Under the pieces are notes generated by a model that had not been told where the DNA came from, did no database searches, and saw only the letters and a list, made by a program, of their open reading frames with translations. Shown one piece after another: positions 21,432 to 32,000 of a DNA stretch of 64,000 nucleotides. Location: the NCBI GenBank assembly GCA_004431415.1, contig QPMI01000601.1, forward strand, positions 1 to 64,000. Reading direction: 5' to 3'. Position 1 is the stretch's first letter; every line of letters starts with the position of its first letter. This stretch comes from Cyanophora paradoxa CCMP329. Lineage: Eukaryota; Plantae; Glaucophyta. A program made the translations under genes and the position numbers.

Positions 21432-22166
21432 TCAAAGCCAAACCCGTCGTTTATACACTGTGGGAGCTACACCTTTGTCCACCTCAGCCTTTGTAGCACC
21501 TGGCTCAATAGTCCCCTTTTGGGTCTTTGTTTTCATTTCATCAACTGCTTGCTCATCAATTTGGGTCTCTTTCTTGGCAATAAACTGTTTATCTGGAATC
21601 CCAGTGATCCCCATTTTGAACACCTCCTTTCTAAGCATCTCCTTGAGTTTGGATCTCTCTCTTTTCTCAGTTACATACTGCTCCAAAGCACTGGACTTGG
21701 CTTCCAGATCTTTAAGTTTGGCAGTCATTTCGTCCCATTGAGCCTTGGGAACTCTATGAATATTCTGGGTGGGAGCAGTCTTGTATGTGACTTCACCCGC
21801 CATAGACTGGATAACCTTGTCTGATTCTTTACTGAGGCCTTCACCTTTGCGAGTAAGTGATAGATCTTGAAGCCCAAGACCTTTGTCATCAGCAGCACCT
21901 ATAATTCGCCTGGCACCCTCACCCACAGCCTTCATTTTAGAAGCTTCAGGGGAGATGTTGAGCTGATCACTGGTGGACGTCTGTGGGGCTTTGTCATCAA
22001 AAGATTCCTCATAGGCGGCATTAAGGGGATCCTCTTGCTGTTGTGAGGGCTTTATCTCATTCATTCCATTGAATTTAAGCGGGTCTGTGTTAATGGAGCC
22101 ATTGTTACCACCGCCTGAATAACCAACAGCCCCAGCAGGGATGCCTATTTTGCGTTTGGGGGGCAT
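21432..22166 (-). CDS. Conserved hypothetical coiled-coil protein downstream of the ATPase
   Basis: Homologues in the same position in C (47722-48405) and D (63831->64000, MPPKR..PAGA..YSGG..NGS). Confidence 0.8.
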   Translation of the reverse strand: MPPKRKIGIPAGAVGYSGGGNNGSINTDPLKFNGMNEIKPSQQQEDPLNAAYEESFDDKAPQTSTSDQLNISPEASKMKAVGEGARRIIGAADDKGLGLQDLSLTRKGEGLSKESDKVIQSMAGEVTYKTAPTQNIHRVPKAQWDEMTAKLKDLEAKSSALEQYVTEKRERSKLKEMLRKEVFKMGITGIPDKQFIAKKETQIDEQAVDEMKTKTQKGTIEPGATKAEVDKGVAPTVYKRRVWL

Positions 22167-22194
22167 TGTGTCTTTATTAAAGTGAGAGATATTT

Positions 22195-22977
22195 TTATAG
22201 ACCGCGTTTATATCGCATTAACTTATTACTATGAACTTGGCTTTTGACTTCTTTTCGCCCTTCTTCTTTCTCTGGTGGTTTAAGCTCATCTTCTTTCTTC
22301 TTTGGCTTCCTGTGGAACCGTGGAAATGGGAAATCTTTGACCAAATCCGCTTTATCTACGAAATATTTCACAGAATAATCGGCGGATGACCAAATTAGAA
22401 ACTGATAGGAATGTACATATTCTTCAAACATTTTATAGAAAACATCTTTGTCCCGCATTATATTGTATTCTTCCTCAATGGCTTCAAGCTCCTTTCTATT
22501 GGCAGCGCTTAGGAACATAGCATAATCTGAGTTGACGCGAATTGTTGATGAGACCTTCCTTAGCTTTTGTGTGATACAGATGATGGATATTTTCAAATGT
22601 CTGCCCATAGAGTACAATTTGTTGATTATTTTATCGCGAGTGAGGTCGACCAAGTCATTATCAATTAGGTCGTCCAGTACAACTAAGAGTTGATTAATCG
22701 GCTCTCCTTTTTCTATTTTCTCTTGTCGATTTTCCAAAACCTTTTCGATGTAAGGAGCATCCCATTTGCCAAGCTGAACACTTGCTACCTTGTTCCAAAA
22801 GTTGTTAAAAGCCGTTCCACTGATTACAAGGACGACATCAATCTTTTTGGCGTCATGGAGCTGCTTGAGCCAATACTTTACAGCCTCTGATTTACCAGTT
22901 GCTGATTTCCCGATAGCCAAAACACGAAAAGGAGGGTTTATCATCTCACCAGCCACGAATTCATCCAGGTCACCCAT
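22195..22977 (-). CDS. A32/FtsK-like genome packaging ATPase (element B)
   Basis: Walker A GKSATGKS, Walker B LVVLDD, GRH..IS...TQ, IRVNSDY. Confidence 0.92.
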   Translation of the reverse strand: MGDLDEFVAGEMINPPFRVLAIGKSATGKSEAVKYWLKQLHDAKKIDVVLVISGTAFNNFWNKVASVQLGKWDAPYIEKVLENRQEKIEKGEPINQLLVVLDDLIDNDLVDLTRDKIINKLYSMGRHLKISIICITQKLRKVSSTIRVNSDYAMFLSAANRKELEAIEEEYNIMRDKDVFYKMFEEYVHSYQFLIWSSADYSVKYFVDKADLVKDFPFPRFHRKPKKKEDELKPPEKEEGRKEVKSQVHSNKLMRYKRGL

Positions 22978-23037
22978 GCTTCCTTCTATAAAGAACCAGA
23001 TAAAAATAATACGATGTGACTGAATATGGTTTATAGA

Positions 23038-23988
23038 TCAAAGACTTGATAAGAATCGATTAATACACCCCTCTATGTCAGTTTCAGTGTATGGGATTCG
23101 CAAAAGTTTAATATTGTTGGCTTCGCAGTAACGAGTTTTGATCTGGTCACGTATTTGAAGTTGCTCAAATGCTTTCTCTCCACCAAAAACTTCCACAGGT
23201 CGAAAATGTTGCTGTCCATCGTATTCAATTGCGATTTTGAGGGCTGGTATATAGAAATCGAATGGAAGAGCTTTTGTTTTGCGACAATCTTCAAATTTGA
23301 ACTGCCTTTTGTAGTCAAAACCGATTTCTTTCAAGATTGCTTCAATCTCAAGTTCACCTTTGGAGTTCTTACAGCGGGGGCAACCTTTATTGGATAGGTG
23401 ATTGTAAGGTTCCTGATCAAACTCATTGGAGCATTTCCTACACTTGATGGTCACTTTGATTTTTTTGTTGACATACTTAACTTTTGAGTAATCATAGAGA
23501 TCACCATGAACAGCTTTTGCTTTTTCAATAAAGATCATTGTATTATCCCGCCTATGACAACCGTTTTGTTTCAAGAAACACACCCTACACCCTTGCCCTC
23601 TTAAATGGGCATATGGTGCTTGTTGGAAAGTTCCATTACAATTCCTACATTTTAACTGTACTTTAGTATATGCGTTTTTATATATGACATTTTCATAATC
23701 ATACTTGTCTCCATGAACTTCAATAGATTGCTTCACAAACAAATCTTGTGGTTTCTTGCGGTCATTATGAAGTTGCTTATTTCTACAAGTAAGACACCCA
23801 CCATTATTGGTGCGTTTAGCCATACAAAGATGGCTCCCAGCTTTAATCTCGAAATAGTCCTGACATGCTTTACAGAAGAGCACTACTTTTTCATTGTATG
23901 ACCTGTAAACAACTCGATCATACCCAAACTTATCACCATGGGCAGCTTTGCTTTTCTCAATGAACTGATCAAGAGTTAGGGGCTTCAT
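23038..23988 (-). CDS. Putative free-standing endonuclease: three HGDKYDY/CxxC repeats plus C-terminal Vsr/DUF559-like PD-(D/E)xK domain
   Basis: FDFYIP..KIAIEYDGQQHF...RDQIK..YC..NNIKLLRIPY. Confidence 0.8.
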   Translation of the reverse strand: MKPLTLDQFIEKSKAAHGDKFGYDRVVYRSYNEKVVLFCKACQDYFEIKAGSHLCMAKRTNNGGCLTCRNKQLHNDRKKPQDLFVKQSIEVHGDKYDYENVIYKNAYTKVQLKCRNCNGTFQQAPYAHLRGQGCRVCFLKQNGCHRRDNTMIFIEKAKAVHGDLYDYSKVKYVNKKIKVTIKCRKCSNEFDQEPYNHLSNKGCPRCKNSKGELEIEAILKEIGFDYKRQFKFEDCRKTKALPFDFYIPALKIAIEYDGQQHFRPVEVFGGEKAFEQLQIRDQIKTRYCEANNIKLLRIPYTETDIEGCINRFLSSL

Positions 23989-24087
23989 TGTTATCTTATT
24001 GTACACACATTTTCTTTAAGTAGAAATCGATGATGAAAAAACAAATCCAATTGTGAGCAGAACAGTAAGACAAACATACATTCCTGA

Positions 24088-25456
24088 TCATAGATTGATC
24101 CGCCGCAGCCCGTCCTTGTCCACTATGATAAAGCTGTGCATGAGAGCGCGAACATTGACATCAATTGCCTTGTCAGTGGGCATGTAGAGAGTGAGGAATG
24201 AAGATGAAGAATTGGTCAGGTCAACATAGCCAGACTGGGCAATATTGCGAATTGCCTTCTCACCATCAAGACAGAAACTCATACCCGAAAGAACATAGCG
24301 ATCAGCAACCTTATCCATATTAGAGCATTTGAAGACATCAGCAATTAGCTCAGCACCTTTGAGGAGCGAAATTGGCTCAGTGGCAAAAAGTCGCTGGCCG
24401 TTTATTTCAATTGTGAATGTGATCTCTTTGGAGTTGGAGTAGGTCTTGAGAACACTGTGGGAACCATCAGCTTTGTCAACAGTAGCGTTATCACGAACTG
24501 AAACAAGCAGAGCATAAACGAGACCTGAGATTTGGGAGAGGTTAACTCGATTTGGTTGGGCACCACCCTTGGCTTTCATATCACTGACATCCACAAATCC
24601 AATATCCAGAGCAGGGATAGCCATGCCAGTTGTCTTTACCTTCTCAATAACAGTAGCGAAAAGCTCATCAGACACATTAACAGCATACATATAAAGGCGA
24701 GGAGAAGTAATTTTAATTTCAACGTTTGGCGCACCAAGATTGAAAGTGGTGATGTTTTGGCCAACATGTGCCAGCACAGATTCAGCAGGTGCGACGCCAA
24801 GCCCATCGTCCTTGTCCCCATCAATGGCTGTGTCCCCAGCCTTAGGAAGAGTACGACCACCATAAGAAGTCTCAACATAACCCTTCCCTACATCCTTGAA
24901 CCAAACAGTTACTACCATTTCACCAGACAGAGCACCAAGAGGTAGGTAGTGGTTTAGCCAAGGCACAGGAATTTCAACAAAGAATGAGCCACCAAGTCGG
25001 TTGGTTCCATGGCGGGGATGCCGTGAAGCATGCCCATTGATCGCTTCTTTTTGGCAAGCTGATCCTCACTATAATAGACAAGAGGGAAATGAGCAAGGAA
25101 ATCAGAAGGGATATGGTAGGTGTATGACCCATAGGTAATTTCAAGTCGCTGAACCAAAGCACCAACTGGGCGAGTATACCCATTTCGAACAAGATCAGCA
25201 TCACCAAAAGTGATAGCTGGAAGGTCGAAGGCAAGTTCAAGTTTGCCACAGAAATTGTAGCGAGGGAGTTTGAATGAAATGCGATTTCCAACACTATTTT
25301 CAAAAGTATTGCTCGGGTTCACAACAACAAGAACGGGCTTAGACTTGGATTCAAGACCAAGCATTAGGGAGTTATCCAGAAAGAAGGCCTTGGCCTCCTC
25401 TGGGTTGTTAGGGCTTCTTTCAACGAAAGGCGCTGGAGGGTCGACGTAATATCCAT
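24088..25456 (-). CDS. Major capsid protein of element B (two apparent 1-bp frameshifts)
   Basis: Joined frames are collinear and highly similar to the intact 466-aa D gene 60753-62153. Size, beta-rich pattern and position between penton-like genes and the ATPase fit a double jelly-roll MCP. Confidence 0.75.
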
Positions 25457-25510
25457 GATTTTCTCTTTTATTATACTGTAACATAAAAAAATTACGAATG
25501 AACCTAGTGT

Positions 25511-26521
25511 TTACCCAAAACTCGCAATGATTGGATATGTTGGATGACTTTGTGACATCCGCATCTTAAAGTATTCATAGACAGGGTCGCCTGCTGGCTC
25601 CTCCCCATATCGAATTTCAAATGTGAGGTGGACAGGTTGACCCTCAAAATCGATTGGTTCGTTTATAGCATTTACTATATCCACAGAGAATGTAGACAAA
25701 CCCATTTTTTTGTTATAGTACTTGTAAAGTGGGTGAGATTCTGTTGAATTGTAAACCACATGCTCACCATAGTCCTTGTCAGGAACCACGATTTTGTGGA
25801 AGTAACCAGTCAGGAGACCATCCCCACACTGAACCAGATCACCCAACTCTTTTACTCTGACAAATAAAACACTGTCCCTTGTCTTTTCAGGCTCAAACGA
25901 AGATATAATACCATTCACCCGTTCACCAGTAAAGATGCCATCAGTAAGAGCATTATAAACCTGTGATTGGATTGGGGAATTTCCATATCTTCCGGGATCA
26001 AGACCAAGCAATCGGGCAGCGCTCAGCAACTTTTGGATCGTTTTCTGGTTTGGATTTCCAGCGTTAGAGAAGGCTAAATAGAAAGGTTTCTCTGAGTGGA
26101 ATATAATTCGTTTTAGTGACTCATCCCATTTACAGCGAATAGATGGTTCCGGCTCTCTATCATCGAATTTCGCATTAATTACATTTACCAATTGCTGGTG
26201 GCTTTGAATGGGTTTTTTGCGACTTATGATTAATTGCTTCCAAGGTTCAAAGCCGGCCGCTGGTCGAGTAGTTGGAATGCCATCAATGCCAGCACCATCG
26301 AATTCTTCACTCCAAAAAATGCTGAATGAATTATCAATTGTAATATCCCCTGGTTGCGTTTCACCACTCACCATAGGGATACTATTATAAAATTCGGCCG
26401 AGACCAGCCTGACAGCCCTCACATTCTCATATATGTTTGGAAGTCGAGCTACAAAGCTTGAAGTAGGACCGTCACCAGAGATTGTATTAAAAGAACTCAC
26501 CTCAATGTAATCCACGGGCAT
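25511..26521 (-). CDS. Minor capsid (penton-like) protein 1 of element B
   Basis: F...LP..YENVRAVRLVSAEF at the N-terminus and IDFEGQPVHLTFEI at the C-terminus, typical of PLV/NCLDV single jelly-roll minor capsid proteins; homologue 59694-60698. Confidence 0.75.
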   Translation of the reverse strand: MPVDYIEVSSFNTISGDGPTSSFVARLPNIYENVRAVRLVSAEFYNSIPMVSGETQPGDITIDNSFSIFWSEEFDGAGIDGIPTTRPAAGFEPWKQLIISRKKPIQSHQQLVNVINAKFDDREPEPSIRCKWDESLKRIIFHSEKPFYLAFSNAGNPNQKTIQKLLSAARLLGLDPGRYGNSPIQSQVYNALTDGIFTGERVNGIISSFEPEKTRDSVLFVRVKELGDLVQCGDGLLTGYFHKIVVPDKDYGEHVVYNSTESHPLYKYYNKKMGLSTFSVDIVNAINEPIDFEGQPVHLTFEIRYGEEPAGDPVYEYFKMRMSQSHPTYPIIASFG

Positions 26522-26550
26522 TCTCCTTTTATCTATATTCATATATTAAA

Positions 26551-27485
26551 ATGAACCGGCTTGTCAATGTTGATAGCAGGGATCGCAGCCAAGGTGAAAC
26601 CGAAAACTCTTACAGGGTTGCCCTCACAACACCAGTAGAGAGACCTCGAGAGTGTAGGGTTATTTACGCAGAAATTCCAAACAGCATTTACAATAGTGTG
26701 GGAACAGATCATTTAATAGTGGAATTCACCTATCAGGATAGTTCTGTCACTGAAACAGTAACTTACAACATCTCCCCCCTGCCAACCGGTTATATCAATC
26801 AGGGACATTTTGGGGTCACCCAACCATACAACTATGGATTGAACTATGTGTTCTATGAGGAAACTATAGCAGGAAAAACAGTTGCTTTCGAATTCAAATT
26901 ATTTTACAATCCGACCACTTATAAAGTGGAGTTCTACAGTAACAGATTTTTCCGTATAAGAGCAAGCAATAAGCGTATTGGTAAGCTTCTGGGTTAAGCT
27001 CAACTGAGTTCCAGTCTTCATTTATGGATGACAATTCGCCCTCTCAATCTCCATATCGCCCTGAGAATTTTCTAAAGTATGATGGCAAACCTATCACACT
27101 CAATCACCCCTTGTGGGGAACTACCTTTTCGGGATCCAGACTTTCATCCACACCTCTTAGATATGTTTATTACAGCAATAAGATGGCAGACATGAACGCT
27201 GAGCAGTACCTTTATTTACATGTCAAAGAACTTGCTCCCTTTGCCAGCAGACATAATATAGTCCCAAAATCACAGCCACAAAACCAAGGCGCCATACTGA
27301 GACTCCAATTAAGCAAGGATATAGGAGGCTATGTTTACTATAATGGTGAGCATGGGGAATTTATTCGAATTAACGACCGACATCTGGTGGTAAGGGAATT
27401 AACAGTTGAGTTTAGAGACTACTTTGGTGAAACCATTGACATGAACGGAATTGACAATTCTTTTCAGCTCGAGTTTATCGAATAA
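26551..27485 (+). CDS. Minor capsid (penton-like) protein 2 of element B (frameshift near 26995)
   Basis: VNVDSRDR...EIPNSIYN...YLYLHVKEL...LTVEFRDYFGETIDMNGIDNSFQLEF; intact homologue 58763-59665. Confidence 0.8.
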
Positions 27486-29030
27486 ACGCACCTGTAAAAT
27501 CGACTCTCATTGTGGGAGCATTCACATAGACAAGGGGATAAATGCGAACATACTTGATTCTCAAAGAGAACCCTACGTAGAAAGCATCCTTGATGGTGAG
27601 AGGGTAACCATTTAATAAAGCTACATCGCCGGAATTATTAGCATTGTTTATATTCTCACAAACAAATGTTTTGTTCTGCCCTTCTGCTCGAATAAAAGAC
27701 CAGTTGACCCCATTAGTTGATGTAGCCACACTGAAAGTCTTTATAAAAGCATTGGTGTCCCCTGACCCATAGGCAACCACTGAAGAGAGTTCAAAAGTGT
27801 ATGGGAAAGCAACTTGAAGGTACTCAGTGGGGGTCTCCATATCTGCTCTGGAGCAAATGCCCCAGCTTCCCAGCCAAATGATGAAGGTCGAGCCATGTGG
27901 GGCTCTTTACCTATCACAGAGGAGGAGGCAGTAAAGGCATCATCAGCAAGTTTGTACCAATTAGCATCCAAAGGTGGTGACAGGGTGAGAGTGGAAGAGA
28001 TGTATGCTTTTGATGGGTTCTTTAATTCATAGTTTGCTACCAGCAAATCGCAAAGCTTATTAATCATGCTGTTGTTTGCTGCTATGTATGTCTCGGTGAA
28101 CGAAAGCATGTCAGGGATTTTAGAGGTATCATCAAGGGACCTGACTATGTGATTTGGAAGAGGAACAGATAGCCTATAGTACCTTCCATAATCCTGATCG
28201 TAGTTATAAGGTAGCAACTCCTCCATCTTGTCAAGAGCCGACAGCTCACTTGCTGCCATGAGCATGTTAATCAATGGGCTTCCATCTGTTGAGGCAATCC
28301 ATGAGAGAATGCCCCAACTGTTCACAGTCTCATAAGCATAGCCGAAATAATCAGACTCTAAATATGGGTCTACCTCACCACAAGAGATGCTTATAACTAT
28401 AATGTCATCATCATCACTGTAAATCTTCCTCGCATGGCTATAGCCACACACGCTGGGGTTATTGTTTCCTGAGATAGCACCATCAATAAGGCAAGCAGTT
28501 ATCCCATGATTGAAGTCAACTATACTCACAGGTGAAAAGTAGGTGGGAGCAGCAGAGGTAGCCCTTGCTGCTATTTTACAGGGCAGAAAGTTGTAGTTGT
28601 TATCATTTGTGATAAATATAGGTTTCATGTACTGAGTATCAAACGAAGTAATCACAATGTCCTTTAAGGAATCTTGAATGAGAGATTCGCCAGTAACAGA
28701 ATAGATTGCGCTTTCCAAAGGAGCCACATCATACTTGGTGTTAAAAAGGGCATTTTCGATTATATTTCGAGGATTCGCGAAAATCAAGGGCAGCTGAGTG
28801 AGGTATATATTATGTAAATCACTGGCTGTGAGTTTGGGTTCGCCTGCCCTATCTGGATGCCTGATGTTCAACCCAATGGCAATGATCCCACCCGTGGAAG
28901 TTCCACTAACAAGATCCACAAGGTCAATGATTCGCCTGCCAGTTCGATTTTCGATTTCTTTAAGCAGTCTGGTAATGATAATGCCCCTTGCCCCGCCACC
29001 TGACAAACTAAGGACTATTTTGTGAGGCAT
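27475..29030 (-). CDS. Patatin-like phospholipase with C-terminal F5/8 type C (discoidin)-like domain (frameshift near 27840)
   Basis: GGGARG, GTSTG, ATSAAPTYF and IDGA motifs; then FTASS...EYLQV.F...FSVATSTNGVNW...KYVRIYP....PTMRVDF. Confidence 0.85.
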
Positions 29031-29073
29031 CTAATACTTATAAGGAATTTTATAAATCCATATAGTAAAAGCC

Positions 29074-32000
29074 ATGAGCTTTAACTACCCCCCTAATCTG
29101 GAAACAATTCAAGATGATAATTCCAGCAGCACAAAGCATGTGAACTTTGATAATATAAAAGTGAAAGGTTCAATATCAATCGACCACAGCTCTGACAGTT
29201 CTTCAAAGACTCAATCAAGGGAGCATGCTCTTTCCTTAAATCAGACCGATCCAGACAAGGAGGATGTCAGTATAGCTTTTAGTTTGGGCAATGTGAAAGC
29301 CAACCAAGTAGCAGAGATCAAGGCAACCAGAAAGAGACCCAGAAGACTCAAACCAAGTGGAACCCATCCAGACATACCATCAAGGTGTGATAGTGGCCGT
29401 TTGATTTTCAATGTACAAGATGAGCAGGGCAAACAGAACACGGGTTTAAGAATTTATAATGAGGGCAGCACCACAAAAACAGAGGTTCCCCAAGTATTAC
29501 AAGTGGGCCATTTCCAGAACACGAATCAAGTCTGTTCAACTAATGATGTATACCCCAAGGATATAACATATGACTTTGCGAGGAATGAGCCGTTTGGGTT
29601 TTTTACTCCAAATGATGTCCACCAGAAAAAGCCATCAATTACCATCAACAGCAGCCCCACTCAACCAGTAGCAATCCATTTACACCCTGATCTTGTCGAA
29701 ATGGATAGGCACCTTTTACCTTTGGTCACAAACACAAAAGACCTTGGAATCAGGACGAGGCAGTGGCGAAATATCCATGGAAGCAATGTGTATGCCAATG
29801 GTGAAAAGCTTGTCAGTGAGAAAACTATAAGGGAAATCTTTGAGCATTACGGTCCTGTTCCTGTCCCCTTTCCGCTTCCGTGGGATCCACCTGACCTTAC
29901 ACCAAAGAAGCAACCTGGGAGGGAATACACAGCAGAGGAAAATGTAGCCTTTGGGCAGCACATAGTTAGCTGGGAAAAAGTCAGAAACAAACCAGTATTT
30001 ACAGATTACAAACAACCAGCTGAGGAGCTTTTATCACCAGATGTAAATGTTATACCTCTTGAAGATAGGCGATTTGAAGAGGATAATGTCTTACCAGATG
30101 GTTTCGACCCAAATCTTGTAACTTATGATCGCTACGAGCCTTTTGATGAGCAGCTTTTACCTGATGGTTTCGCACCTGATCTATTCGATTTCATAGTGGA
30201 TTGGGAGGACATTCGAAATAAACCACAAACATATCCACCTGATCCCCATGGCCATGATTGGGACGAAATCGAGAATAAACCTGATAGATTTCCGCCTGTG
30301 GATCATAGGCATGATTGGGGAGAAATCGATGGAATACCAGAAGAATTTCCACCAGCAGACCATAGACACACTTGGGACGAAATTGATGTACCAGAATTGT
30401 TCCCACCAGAAGACCACAGACACGATTGGGATGAAATCGACCAGCAACCTACTTTCGCATCAGCAGGTAATGCTGTGAATGATGGGCTACATGGTGTGAG
30501 TCTGTATAAAAATATAGACACAGAAGAACGATTACTATTAGATACATATTATGTCAATCGCCACGGAATTAATGCTGGAACCACAATGGAAGGCGAACTC
30601 TATATTAGACCACCTACAAGAGTTAATTTAGTGGCAGCTGGTGGAGGTGTTGAAATAAAAGACACCAAACCAGGTATCTATTTAACAAGTTACTACCCTG
30701 ACGACATCCCAATGACAGCAACATTACCACCTATACCATCTCTTCCAGCCAATCCAATTAATTATGTAGACAAAGATGCGACTCTTCAGATTAATGTGAC
30801 TGATGTTAGCGCTTTTGATGGATCAAGACCAAAGCTAATATTTAGCCGAGAACGGCTCTTACCTGATGATTTAGTTGGAGATCGAGACGATTACAAGCAA
30901 TGTGAGATAGGGTGGAAGAAAACGAACTATAATGATGTTGATAAGCAAGGTGTTTTAGAAATAAATCAGAGAGCAGCAGCAAAAAACATTCACAACGAAA
31001 ATATATCACGAGTGGTCACAGAGGATTATTTAGAAAATAAGAATTACATAGATGGAACCGAATTAACTACTATACTCAATGATTATGTAACAGAAACTGA
31101 ATATGCCACAACACTGGCAGCAGCATTAATACCCTATGTGACAGAGACTGAGCTTGATGCTGAACTTGCTAAATATTTACCATTGACAGGTGGCACCATT
31201 ACAGGTGATCTTACAGTCAATAGAGAACTGGAGGTAAAGGATAAGATTGTTATAGGGAACAATGAGATTTCAAGAGCCCCTTTAAACTTCTTAAATTTCG
31301 ATGTTGGGGGTTTGTCTCATTGCCTTCTAAGATTTAATGCGAGTTTGGATGATGCTTGGGAAAATAATGTACTGGTCTATGAGCTTGTTAATAAAGCAAA
31401 TGCTAATGTTATTCAAAAACTGATACAGTCAGGAAGTGTAGTATTCAGAAACTCAGGAGGTCCTAATAACAAACCCTACTATGATGTAGCAGACACCAAT
31501 AGCTTCTCTACTTTCCGTTATTCCTTCACTTCTACAAATTCAGCAGGCTATGAAACCATCGATTTCAGTGGAGGAATAACTGTCGCATTTGTGATTAAGT
31601 TAAGAAATGCTGAACCGCTTGAACCTATTTTACAGTTTGATGGGTCTTCTACACTTGGTAGTAATGGGCAAATTTGGAGTATTTCCAAAGGTCAATGGGG
31701 TGATGGTTTCGTTTTGAACATCAGTAAATTAGACCAATCTACTTTCAGGGTTCCACTCACAATTGACGAAGTAGATTCTTGGACAATCTATGACATCACA
31801 ATCACAAGCACATCCGTAAAAGTGGGTGTTAATGCGAAAGAGAGACAGACCTTTTCGATTACAAATGGTTCTCATCTGCCCCGAAATGATGTAAAGTATG
31901 TATATTTGGGAAGTCAATACTCGAAATTCGACCTGTGCGAATTCTATTGTTTCACAAGAGCCTTAACAGCTGCTGAATTATATAATCTACGGTGGTATCT

